DNA of 64,000 bases from an uncultured Planctomycetales bacterium (GTDB taxonomy: Bacteria; Planctomycetota; Phycisphaerae; UBA1845; PWPN01). This document shows positions 1-8,719 of this stretch, piece after piece. A program made the position numbers and the translations under genes. Each line of letters starts with the position of its first letter. Positions within the stretch are counted from its first letter, which is position 1. Location: contig CAZUAI010000006.1 of NCBI GenBank assembly GCA_964617875.1, forward strand, positions 23,102 through 87,101, in the 5' to 3' direction. A model generated the notes under the pieces. The model worked only from the letters and a program-made list of their open reading frames with translations, made no database searches and was not told the DNA's origin.

Positions 1-1
1 G

Positions 2-1381
2 CTCGATACGATTATTGAAGGCGGCACGGTTGTCACGCCGAAGGGCACACTTCGAGCGGACGTGGGCGTCCGGGGTGAAGTCATTGCGGCGATCGGGCCG
101 GGCCTCGCCCGCGCGAATCCCGGCGCGGCCGTCGTCGATGCGCGCGATCACCTGGTCCTGCCCGGGATCATCGACGTCCACGTTCATCTCGCGCTGCCGG
201 TGAAGGGCACGGTCACGTCCGACGACTTTCGCACGGGCACGCGGGCGGCGGCCCGGGGCGGCGTGACGACGGTCCTCGACTTCGCCACGGCGTACGGCGA
301 CGAGACGCTCGGCCAGGCCATCGACACCCGGTTTCGACAGGCCGAGGGCAGGGCCGTGGTCGATTATGCGTTTCACGTCTGCGTCACGAACTGGGCACGG
401 CAGAAGGACGAGATCCACCCGCTCATTCACCGCGGGTTTCCGACGTTCAAGGAGTTCACCGTGTACGCCTCCGAGGGCTGGCAGTCCGACGACGCCGTCG
501 TCTTCAATACGCTGGAGATGATGCGCGACGAGGGCGGCCTGCTGCTGCTGCACGCGGAATCGTCGGGCGTGCTCGATGAACTGGTCAGGCGGCACCACAC
601 ACGCGCGCTGATGCGGAAGTACGGCGCCCGGCTGCACGCGATTACAAGGCCGGCGTTTATCGAGGGCGAGGCCGTCGCGCGCGCCGCCACCTGGTGCGCG
701 GCGACAGGCGGCCCGCTGTACATCGTGCACCTGTCGACGGCGATCGGAGCCGAGATTGTCCGCCAGGCGAGGGCCGACGGGGCGAGTCTCCACGCGGAGA
801 CGTGCCCGCAATACCTTGTTCTGGACGAGTCGGTCTTCGCAAGGAAGGACGGTCACCTCTTCGCGACCTCGCCGCAGGTCAAGACGCGGGCGGACCAGCG
901 GAGACTGTGGGAAGCCCTGGCGGCCGGCGACCTGACGGTCGTCGCGACCGACACCTGTACGTTCACCCGCCGTCAGAAGGCGGCGTGGCGCGGCGACTTC
1001 ACAAAGATTCCCGGCGGTATGCCGGGGCTCGAGACACTGCTGCCGATCGTCTACACGCACGGCGTCCTGAAGAAACGGCTGACGTTGGGCCAGCTCTGCG
1101 AGCGGCTCGCGGAGGGGCCGGCGAAGATCATGGGCCTCTGGCCGCGGAAGGGCGCGATCCAGGTCGGCGCGGACGCCGACCTCGTCATCGTTCACCCGAC
1201 GAAGCGGATCGCCGTAGACCCCGCCGCGATGGAGACGAACTGCGACTGGTCGCCGTACGAAGGCTGGCGGCTGGCCGGCTTCGCCCGGACAACACTGTCG
1301 CGGGGCGAGGTGATCGTCGATGGCTACAAGGTCGTCGGCCGCGAAGGGCGGGGGCAGTGGCTTGCCCGGCGCCTGGGGTAG
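2..1381 (+). CDS. D-hydantoinase / dihydropyrimidinase-type cyclic amidohydrolase, 5' end off-window
   Basis: Frame is open from base 2 (LDTIIEGGTVVTPKG... continues into listed ORF 62-1381). HxH metal motif in IIDVHVHLALP, amidohydrolase-length body, TAG stop at 1379-1381. Confidence 0.8.
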   Translation, partial: LDTIIEGGTVVTPKGTLRADVGVRGEVIAAIGPGLARANPGAAVVDARDHLVLPGIIDVHVHLALPVKGTVTSDDFRTGTRAAARGGVTTVLDFATAYGDETLGQAIDTRFRQAEGRAVVDYAFHVCVTNWARQKDEIHPLIHRGFPTFKEFTVYASEGWQSDDAVVFNTLEMMRDEGGLLLLHAESSGVLDELVRRHHTRALMRKYGARLHAITRPAFIEGEAVARAATWCAATGGPLYIVHLSTAIGAEIVRQARADGASLHAETCPQYLVLDESVFARKDGHLFATSPQVKTRADQRRLWEALAAGDLTVVATDTCTFTRRQKAAWRGDFTKIPGGMPGLETLLPIVYTHGVLKKRLTLGQLCERLAEGPAKIMGLWPRKGAIQVGADADLVIVHPTKRIAVDPAAMETNCDWSPYEGWRLAGFARTTLSRGEVIVDGYKVVGREGRGQWLARRLG

Positions 1382-1516
1382 GGAGCATTGGCCGGCAGAC
1401 GGGCAAACCGGCGGCGCACAAGCGGACCGCCCGCTCCGCCCGTTCGTCGCTCCGCAGGTTCCGGTAATTGACGTTCGCCGCCGTTGCGGGACAATTGCGG
1501 GAGGGATTCCTTGCAT

Positions 1517-3706
1517 ATGGACCAAGCAGCCGCGAGCAACGGACGGCAGGGCCTTACGGCGGCCTTTTCGGCGCCGGACGAGTTCGCCCGCTGCGTGCTT
1601 GGCCCGCTGGCCCGGCTGCGGCGGCGGCTGCGGACCTACCTGATCGTGGACGGGCTCGCGGTCGTATTCATGGTCCTGATGATTGCCGCGGGCGTGCAGT
1701 TCGCCATCGACCGGGTATTTCGGCTGCCGACGGACATGCGGGCCCTCGTGCTGGCCTGCGCGATCGGTGCGGTGGGGGCGGCGGCGTGGCGGCGGCTGAT
1801 CGCGCCGCTGGCGGTCCGCTTGCCGGCGGCGGAGCTGGCGGTGCTGGTCGAACGGCAGGCGCCGCATCTCAACAGCCGGCTGGTCAGTGCCGTCGAGCTG
1901 GCTGCCTCCCCGTCGGCATCGCTTGCGCCGGCCGCCGATCGGTCGCCGGCAATGGTCCGCATGGTACTGCAACAGGCGGCGGCCGAGGCCGCCGGCGTGC
2001 CGTGGGGCCGCGTACTGAATCACCGCCGTGCGCTTCGCCGGGGCCTGACGATCGTGGCGTGCGCGGCGATCGCCGCCATGGCGGTTCGCCTGGCGGGCGA
2101 CACCGTGGGGCTGTGGTTCCGGCGGAACGTGCTGCTGCTGGACGAGCCGTGGCCGCAGCGGACGCGGCTCCTTGTCGAGGGGCTGCGCGACGGCAAGCTG
2201 CTGTGCGCCCGCGGCGACGACCTCACGATCTCCGCCCTGGTGGCACGGGGTTCCGAGGTGCCCCGGCAGGTTTTTGTGGAGTACGAGGGCCCGGGCGGGC
2301 CCTCGGGCCTGGAGCAGATGGTGCAGATCGGGCGGGGCCGTTTTCAGCGGGTATTCGAGCGCGTCGCGGCGTCGATGCGGTGCCGTGTCCGCGGAGGCGA
2401 CGACCGGACGGGCTGGTTTGACGTCGAGGTGGTGGACCGGCCGGCGATCGCGAACCTCGTGATCGGCGTCGAGCCGCCGAAGTACACGGGCCTGTCCGCG
2501 TATTCGCTGCGTCCGGGCCTGACCGCCGTCGAAGCGATCAAGGGCAGCAGGCTGCGGTTCCGCATCACGACGAACAAGGCCGTCGTGCGGGCCGCGCTTC
2601 TCCGGGCGGGCCGGCCGCTTGACGGGCAGGTGGTGCAGCTCAGCGACACCGAATGGGAAGGCCGCGACCAGCCTCCGCACGGGACGGCGTACCACTTCGA
2701 GCTGGTGGACGCCCTCGGCCTGACGAATCACAGCGAGCGGAGCCGGCCGATGCAGATCTCCGTGCATCTGCTGCCGGATGCTCCGCCGCGCGTGAAGCTG
2801 TACGTCCGTGGCGTGAGCGACATGGTGACGCCCGAGGCGGTGCTGCCGGCGCAGGTTGATTTCGCCGACACATACGGGCTGGCGGCGGTCGCGCTCGTGC
2901 AGGAATCGACGCGGCCGACGACGGCCCCTCGGAGCCTGCCGATCGAGGGCTTCGCGGCGGGGGGGAAGACCTTTGCCCGGTCGCTGAGCTGGCCGCTGAC
3001 GCCGCTGGGGCTGATGCCGGGCGACCGGCTGAGCCTCTACGCCGAAGCGCGCGACTATGATGACGTCAGCGGGCCGAACGTGGGCAAGTCGCCGGTGGTG
3101 TCGCTGCGGGTCGTCTCGCGCGAGGAGCTGCTGAACGAGCTGGCCCGGCGCGAGCAGCAGTTTCGGCAGGAGTTCGAGACGCTCGTGCGCGGCCAGGAGG
3201 ATCTGTACGCCGCCGTCCTGTCCGTGCTGACGGGCATCGGATCGGGCGCGGCGGGCGACGAGCATCGGCAGGAGTTCGGCCGGCTCGAGCGTCGTCAGCG
3301 GCAGCAGTCGGCGCGGGTCGACGCGGTCCGCCGTCGGCTGGAGCAGGTCCTCGCCGAAATGGAGGTCAACCAGGCCCTCACGCCGGCGACGCGCGAGCGG
3401 CTCGGCACGCGGATCGTCGCGCCGATGGCCGAGCTGGTGCGGACGGCCATGGCCGAGGCGGTCTTCGAACTGGGCCGGCTCGCGCGGCAGGACTCGGCGG
3501 ACGAGCGGCAGCGCCTTCAGACGACACAACGACAGGTCGTGGCGGCCATGCGGGCGATCCTCGCCAACATGCTGCGGTACGAGGGGTTTCAGGAAGCGGT
3601 CTCGCTGCTGCGCGACATCATGAGCCTTCAGGGCAGCGTGAGCGAGGAGACAGAGAAGCAGATCGCGCAGGAGGCGGAGAAGCTGTTTGGGGCGGAGGCG
3701 AAGTGA
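1517..3706 (+). CDS. membrane-anchored hypothetical protein with helical C-terminus (DUF4175-like by recollection)
   Basis: ORF 1484-3706 begins with TTG; the first ATG is at 1517 (MDQAAAS). Two N-terminal hydrophobic helices (LIVDGLAVVFMVLMIAAGVQFAI; ALVLACAIGAVGAAAW), a PPKYTG motif and an E/R/Q-rich helical tail. The stop overlaps the next start (TGATG 3704-3708). Confidence 0.6.
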   Translation: MDQAAASNGRQGLTAAFSAPDEFARCVLGPLARLRRRLRTYLIVDGLAVVFMVLMIAAGVQFAIDRVFRLPTDMRALVLACAIGAVGAAAWRRLIAPLAVRLPAAELAVLVERQAPHLNSRLVSAVELAASPSASLAPAADRSPAMVRMVLQQAAAEAAGVPWGRVLNHRRALRRGLTIVACAAIAAMAVRLAGDTVGLWFRRNVLLLDEPWPQRTRLLVEGLRDGKLLCARGDDLTISALVARGSEVPRQVFVEYEGPGGPSGLEQMVQIGRGRFQRVFERVAASMRCRVRGGDDRTGWFDVEVVDRPAIANLVIGVEPPKYTGLSAYSLRPGLTAVEAIKGSRLRFRITTNKAVVRAALLRAGRPLDGQVVQLSDTEWEGRDQPPHGTAYHFELVDALGLTNHSERSRPMQISVHLLPDAPPRVKLYVRGVSDMVTPEAVLPAQVDFADTYGLAAVALVQESTRPTTAPRSLPIEGFAAGGKTFARSLSWPLTPLGLMPGDRLSLYAEARDYDDVSGPNVGKSPVVSLRVVSREELLNELARREQQFRQEFETLVRGQEDLYAAVLSVLTGIGSGAAGDEHRQEFGRLERRQRQQSARVDAVRRRLEQVLAEMEVNQALTPATRERLGTRIVAPMAELVRTAMAEAVFELGRLARQDSADERQRLQTTQRQVVAAMRAILANMLRYEGFQEAVSLLRDIMSLQGSVSEETEKQIAQEAEKLFGAEAK

Positions 3707-5289
3707 TGGGCAGTGTCCCGTGGCAGGTGGCAGGTGCCGGGCGGGGAGGCGCGGCGGCGCATCGCCGCGCGGTGCCCCGCATCCGGCTCCGCCTGCTCCC
3801 TGCTTCGCACTTTGTGTCATTGTCGCTCGTGCTTGCCGCGTGCGTGCGGGCCGCAGCGCCGCCGGCGTCTTCCGCGCCGGCCAGGGATCCCCTGGCGGCG
3901 AAGCAGGAGATCGTCCGCGACCGGATGGCGCAGCTCGAGGACCGCATGTTCCGGCTCATCGAGAAGATCGCCGAGAGCGAACCGGACCAGGCGGAACGGC
4001 TCCGGCAGGCCCTGCGGAAGTCGCGCGAGCTGCTGGTGCGCCGGCACATGGACGAAGTCGTCCGGCTGCTCGATGAGCGGAACCTGACCGAGGCGTCGGA
4101 CCGGCAGAAGGCGCTGGTGCGCGACCTGAACGCGATCCTCAAGCTGCTGATGGAGAACACGGCGGACGCCGAGGAGCGCCGCAAGGCGATGGAGTCGCTG
4201 AAGGCGTTCGGCGAGCGGATCGCGAAGCTGCTCGAAGAGCAGCGTGCGCACCAGAAGGCCCTGCAGGATCTGCAGCGCCGGGGGGCGGAGCGATGGCCGT
4301 CCGAGTCGCCGCGATTGGCCGACGGGCAGCGAGCAACGGCGGAGAAGGCCGGCAAACTCGCGCAGGACATGTCGGGGAAACCCGACGGCCGGGAAGACGG
4401 CGTGCAGAGCCGGCCCGCGTCCCGGCCGGGCAGCACGCCCGCGTCCCGCCCCGCCCGCGACGCCGCGCCGCCGCCCGCCGCGGGCCAGGAGAACGTCGAG
4501 AAGGCGCAGCGGCACATGGAGAACGCCTCGCGGGGCCTCGAGCAGAACAGGCCCGGCGACGCCGAATCCGAGCAGCAGAAGGCAATCGACCAGCTCGAAG
4601 AGGCGAAGAGACAGCTCGAGGACACGCTGAACCAGTTGCGCCGCGAGCAGCAGGAGGAGATCCTCCGGGCGATGGAGGACCGCTTCCGCGAGATGCTTGC
4701 CAGACAGCTCCAGATCAACCAGGGGACCGTGGACCTGGACAAGAAGGGCGTCTCGCGTTGGACCCGCACCGAGGAACTCCAGGCCGGCACGTTCAGCCAG
4801 GGCGAGCGCGACCTGGCCGCCGACGCGACCAGGGCGCTGACCATCCTCCGCCAGGAGGGAACCACGCTCGTCTTCCCGCAGATCGTCGAGCAGCTCGCGG
4901 CCGACCTCAACGACGCGGGCGAGCGGATCCGCTCGAGGGACGTCGGCCCCGCCACGCAGCAGCTTCAGCAGGACATCGTGCAGACGTTGAACGAGCTGAT
5001 CGAGGCCGTGCAGCAGATGCGGAAGAAGATCCAGGCGGGCGAGGCCCCCGGAAGCCCGCCCGGAGGCCCGGAGCAGGCGCCGCCGTTGCTGCCCGAATCG
5101 GCCGAACTCAAGCTGCTCCGCGCGTGCCAGGTCCGCATCAACCGCGAGACGGAGGCGTTCAACAGGGACCTCGGCGGCGAAAAATCGCTGACGCCCGAGG
5201 ACGCGAAGCGCCTCAAGCGCATCGCCGACCGCCAGAAGGACGTCGCGCGCATGGCGGAAGAGCTGAACGAGCGGACGGCAGACCGGTAG
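3706..5289 (+). CDS. secreted/anchored coiled-coil hypothetical protein
   Basis: ATG at 3706 is coupled to the upstream stop. Hydrophobic N-terminal segment (FVSLSLVLAACVRAAA), long heptad-like E/R/L/Q-rich sequence, Pro/Ala/Arg low-complexity linker. Coding frame is consistent across 1.6 kb. Confidence 0.55.
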   Translation: MGSVPWQVAGAGRGGAAAHRRAVPRIRLRLLPASHFVSLSLVLAACVRAAAPPASSAPARDPLAAKQEIVRDRMAQLEDRMFRLIEKIAESEPDQAERLRQALRKSRELLVRRHMDEVVRLLDERNLTEASDRQKALVRDLNAILKLLMENTADAEERRKAMESLKAFGERIAKLLEEQRAHQKALQDLQRRGAERWPSESPRLADGQRATAEKAGKLAQDMSGKPDGREDGVQSRPASRPGSTPASRPARDAAPPPAAGQENVEKAQRHMENASRGLEQNRPGDAESEQQKAIDQLEEAKRQLEDTLNQLRREQQEEILRAMEDRFREMLARQLQINQGTVDLDKKGVSRWTRTEELQAGTFSQGERDLAADATRALTILRQEGTTLVFPQIVEQLAADLNDAGERIRSRDVGPATQQLQQDIVQTLNELIEAVQQMRKKIQAGEAPGSPPGGPEQAPPLLPESAELKLLRACQVRINRETEAFNRDLGGEKSLTPEDAKRLKRIADRQKDVARMAEELNERTADR

Positions 5290-5382
5290 TCCCGTGGTCG
5301 GCCGGTTGCGTTGATCGCGGCGCCGGCGCCGTGCCGGCATCCCGCGGCAGGCCGGAGGCCTGCACGGCAATGCGGCGCGCCG

Positions 5383-5580
5383 TTACCTGGCCTGAAGCGT
5401 CGTCCGGATCTCGCCGACCTTCTGCGTTTCGGTCTTCAGCTCGGAGATGAACTCGGCCAGCATCCGGCGGACGGCCGGATCGACCGTCTGCTCCTGAAGC
5501 CGGGCGTAGAGGTTCATCATCCGCTCCTGGCTCGAGCCCAGCTCGAAGAGATACCGCTGAAACGTGCCCTTAGAGAACAT
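5383..5580 (-). CDS. small helical hypothetical protein (65 aa)
   Basis: ATG at 5580 with GGAG about 9 nt upstream. Overlaps the preceding small ORF by 11 nt and is last in the GT2 operon. Amphipathic helical sequence (YLFELGSSQERMMNLYARLQEQ...). Confidence 0.4.
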   Translation of the reverse strand: MFSKGTFQRYLFELGSSQERMMNLYARLQEQTVDPAVRRMLAEFISELKTETQKVGEIRTTLQAR

Positions 5581-5803
5581 CCGATTCGCTCCATGTGAGG
5601 CGGTCGAGAATCTCCCTGATGCGCCGCGCCCGCCGTTCGGGGGCGGCGGCGATGGCGTTCAGGGCTTCCGTCGCCCGCCGCCGTTCATTCTCCGGGAGCC
5701 CGCTCCAGGCGAACGTGCTGACGATGTTCCGCGCGCACAACGCCGACGCGTTCTCCGAGGCGATCGCGTCATTCAATGCATGGATCAGATCCTGCTTGCT
5801 CAT
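5570..5803 (-). CDS. small helical hypothetical protein (77 aa)
   Basis: ATG 5803-5801 overlaps the GT2 stop 5802-5800 (ATGA coupling). Sequence MSKQDLIHALNDAIASENASAL... is helical and reminiscent of a four-helix-bundle/ferritin-like half. Confidence 0.55.
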   Translation of the reverse strand: MSKQDLIHALNDAIASENASALCARNIVSTFAWSGLPENERRRATEALNAIAAAPERRARRIREILDRLTWSESDVL

Positions 5804-7425
5804 GTCGGCACCACCTTCCATTCCAGGCCCGCAGGGGTGTCCTGCGGCACCTCGTACGGCGCGGCCTCGTGGAAGTAGAACACGGACCAGAACACCGCAA
5901 AATGCACGCCCGCCCAGAACGCGTTGATCCCGGCGGCATGGTCGCGCTCAAAGATCAACCGGCACGTGCCCCAGACGAACACGCTGAAACTCGCGACACA
6001 GATGAGGACCTGCGGCCAGAAGGCCCGCAGCGGCGTATGGCTCCCGGCGCCCTTGGGCGTGACGCCGAAGTTCGTGCGGACGCCGAAGAGGACGGCCAGC
6101 GCCGCCGCCGCATGAACCGGGGCCGCCAGCATCCCGAGCAGCTGTCCCTCGATCATCTGGTCGAGCGTGTAGTGCCGGTGCCGCAGGCCGCCGACGAACA
6201 CCAGCACCGCGAACACCAGGTAGGGCAGGAACGCGGCGGCGTAGATCTCCGGCCGCACGAAATAGCTCGGGATTCCGAATGCGATGTACAGGAACGGGCA
6301 GAGCATCAGGATCAGATACGCCCACCCGACCAGGTAGAACGAACCCGACAGCCCGTAGTCGACCCACTGCCACAGGCTCAGGCTCCGCGGGGCCGTGACC
6401 AGCAGCTTGAGCAGCCGCACGCCCACGCCGAGCGTCCCGCGGGCCCACCGGTACTGCTGGCGGAAGTAGGCGGCGAGGCTCTCGGGGCCCAGCCCCATGA
6501 CATAGGTCTCGCCGTAGTAGAGCGACTTCCAGCCGGCGATGTGCAGCTTGACGGACGTGGCGAAGTCCTCGGTGACCGAGGACTCGTCGAGCCCGCCGAC
6601 GCTCACGAGCGCCTCGCGGCGGAAAACGACGTTCGTCCCGCAGCAGAACGCGGTGCCGGACGACGCCTTGGCCTCGCAGATGTATTCGTAGAAGACGGCC
6701 TGCTGCGATCCGGCGGCGGCCGCGACGCGGTTCTCATTCGTATTCGCGTAGAACTGCGGGGTCTGGACGAAGGCCAGCTTCGGGTCGGCTTCGAGCAGCG
6801 GCACGATGCGGTTCAGGAAGAACGGCATGGGGCACTGGTCGGCGTCGAAGACGGCCACGTACTTGCCCTTGAGCTGCTTGAGGCAGTCGTTGATGATGCC
6901 CGCCTTGGCTCCGTGCCGCTCCTCGCGCCGGAAGAGCCGCACGTTGAACTCGCGGGCCAGCTCGCCGGCCTCGCGGACAAACTTCGCGTCCGAGGAATCG
7001 TCGAGGAGCCACACGGTCTTGCGCGGATAGGACAGGCCCGTCAGCGCGATGAGCGTGCGTTCCAGCACCTCCCGCGGCTCGTGGCGGGCGGCGATCAGAA
7101 TGTCCACCTCCGGGAAGTCCTGCGGGTCCTTGAGGATGGCCGCCGGGACCGTCGGGCGGCGCCGCAAGGCGCGGACAACGCTGACCATGTAGCCAAAGGC
7201 GTGCAGCAGGACGAAGCTCTCGGCCAGGAGCAGCGCAATCGAGACCGCGATGTCGCGGCCCGCGTAATCCGCCCGGCCGACGAGGACGACGCGAACGGTC
7301 CAGTACATTGCCATCGTCGCCATCGCGATGAAGCCGATGGCAATGAACAACGTGTCCCAGCCCGTGGCCCGGGTGTGTCTCTGGAATGTGCCGTCAGTGC
7401 GTGTCTGCATTCTCTCCGCCTCCAT
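5800..7425 (-). CDS. family-2 processive glycosyltransferase (cellulose-synthase-like)
   Basis: N-terminal TM helices, DDSSD and FDADQ aspartate motifs, QQYRWARG (QxxRW) signature, multi-TM C-terminus. An alternative start at 7410 (MQTRTD) has a GGAGGCGGAGAGA SD. Confidence 0.85.
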   Translation of the reverse strand: MEAERMQTRTDGTFQRHTRATGWDTLFIAIGFIAMATMAMYWTVRVVLVGRADYAGRDIAVSIALLLAESFVLLHAFGYMVSVVRALRRRPTVPAAILKDPQDFPEVDILIAARHEPREVLERTLIALTGLSYPRKTVWLLDDSSDAKFVREAGELAREFNVRLFRREERHGAKAGIINDCLKQLKGKYVAVFDADQCPMPFFLNRIVPLLEADPKLAFVQTPQFYANTNENRVAAAAGSQQAVFYEYICEAKASSGTAFCCGTNVVFRREALVSVGGLDESSVTEDFATSVKLHIAGWKSLYYGETYVMGLGPESLAAYFRQQYRWARGTLGVGVRLLKLLVTAPRSLSLWQWVDYGLSGSFYLVGWAYLILMLCPFLYIAFGIPSYFVRPEIYAAAFLPYLVFAVLVFVGGLRHRHYTLDQMIEGQLLGMLAAPVHAAAALAVLFGVRTNFGVTPKGAGSHTPLRAFWPQVLICVASFSVFVWGTCRLIFERDHAAGINAFWAGVHFAVFWSVFYFHEAAPYEVPQDTPAGLEWKVVPT

Positions 7426-7514
7426 ACAGCGGCCGGGGACACGGCCGCATCGCGCGACCTCGGTCCCGGTATCCTATTCTTTCCATTCACATGGGCGCCA
7501 GGCAAGCGTGAAAC

Positions 7515-7550
7515 CCACGAAAAACCGGCGAAACCGCGGGAGAAGCGGTT
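7515..7550 (-). terminator. terminator-like hairpin after the HEAT-repeat gene
   Basis: Minus strand reads AACCGC-uucuccc-GCGGUU followed by UCGCCGGUUUUUCGUGGGUUU. The stem is short and the U-run is offset, so this call is weak. Confidence 0.3.
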
Positions 7551-7596
7551 ATCGGACCATAAGGACCGGCATTACCGGCCGTGTCCGATTTGCGAA

Positions 7597-8703
7597 TCAA
7601 GGGGATGCGACGTGATCGGACGAAGAACCGGGCGGAGCCGGTTCGGCGGGTACGGGGGCGTCGAACGGCGACTCCTGCTTTTTCAGGATCTGGACGATCG
7701 CCGTGGCGGCGGCCAGTTGCGTGCGCGGGTCCGTCGGGTCTTCCATGCACTCGCGCAACCGGCCAAGGGCCTCGGGCTTTCCGATCGCGCCCAGCGCAAA
7801 GGCCGCCATGGTGCGAACACGCATGATCTGGTTCCGCGGTGGGTCGTTGGGCAGCTTGGGGTTCGGGTTGTTCCAGCGGAGCGCGGCCATGGCGAGCGCG
7901 AAGCCGTCGTCGTAGCCGAGCAGCCCGAGGGATTGCGCGGCGGCCAGCCGCGATTCCAGGTGAGGCGCATCCTTCAGGCACGCCTGGAGAATGCTGGCAG
8001 CGGAGGCATCGCCCGTCCGTCCCAGAGCATCGAGCGCGAAGGCCTGCCGGTCGCCGAGGCTCCCGCCGGCGTAGTAGCTCAATTCCTGGATCGCCTGCTT
8101 GTCGCCAAGCAGGGCCATCGCCTCGAGCGCCTGGAGCCGGACGCTGTCGTCCTTGTCTTCCCTGGCCTTCTTCAGGACGACCACTGCGCCGGGCTCGCCC
8201 AGGCGGCCGAGGGCGAGGACGGCGTTTCGACGGACCGCCGCGTTGGGGTTGAGACGAACGATCTCGTCGAACTCCTTGATGAAACCGGGATCGCCCAGCC
8301 GCCGGAGGGCGAACATCGCCGCCACGCGTACATTCGGGTCCGGGTCCGCCAGGCGAAGGCGAATCAGCGTTTCGGAGGGCCTGTGGCGGACCGAACCGAG
8401 GGCCATCAGGGCGGCGAACCGCACGCCGGGCGAATCATCGCGGAGCGCCTCGCGAAACCAGGTCGCGGCCTTCTCGCCTGCGGTCTTCTGCAGCGACTCG
8501 ATGGCTTGCGCCCGGATGAGGGGGTTTTCGCGATACGTCGCCGCCCGCGTGATGTATCGCTGGGCGAGGGCCCGAAGCTCCGTCGGCCCCGCCGCGGGTT
8601 GCGGCGCGCAGCCGCCGCACAGCGCGGCGGCCGCGGTCATCGACGCCACGAGCGACCCCGTCAGTACGGAGTACCGAGTGCGGAGTGCGGAGTGTCGCTT
8701 CAC
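7597..8703 (-). CDS. HEAT-repeat (PBS-lyase type) probable lipoprotein
   Basis: A GTG at 8703 gives VKRHSALRTRYSVLTGSLVASMTAAAALCGGC, which looks like a signal peptide plus lipobox. The ORF-track start at 8862 would overlap lnt by 143 nt. Repeated units such as DDSPGVRFAALMALG, DPDPNVRVAAMFALRRLGDPG and AAVRRNAVLALGRLGEPG. Confidence 0.7.
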   Translation of the reverse strand: MKRHSALRTRYSVLTGSLVASMTAAAALCGGCAPQPAAGPTELRALAQRYITRAATYRENPLIRAQAIESLQKTAGEKAATWFREALRDDSPGVRFAALMALGSVRHRPSETLIRLRLADPDPNVRVAAMFALRRLGDPGFIKEFDEIVRLNPNAAVRRNAVLALGRLGEPGAVVVLKKAREDKDDSVRLQALEAMALLGDKQAIQELSYYAGGSLGDRQAFALDALGRTGDASAASILQACLKDAPHLESRLAAAQSLGLLGYDDGFALAMAALRWNNPNPKLPNDPPRNQIMRVRTMAAFALGAIGKPEALGRLRECMEDPTDPRTQLAAATAIVQILKKQESPFDAPVPAEPAPPGSSSDHVASP

Positions 8704-8719
8704 GTCTCCGCTCTCCAAC

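Noticed and set aside
7426-7596. A possible c-di-GMP riboswitch in the leader of the cellulose-synthase-like GT2 gene, with long-range inverted repeat GGACACGGCCG / CGGCCGTGTCC
   Set aside because: No GEMM-type conserved nucleotides are recognisable. The inverted repeat alone is insufficient, and part of the region is better explained as a weak terminator.
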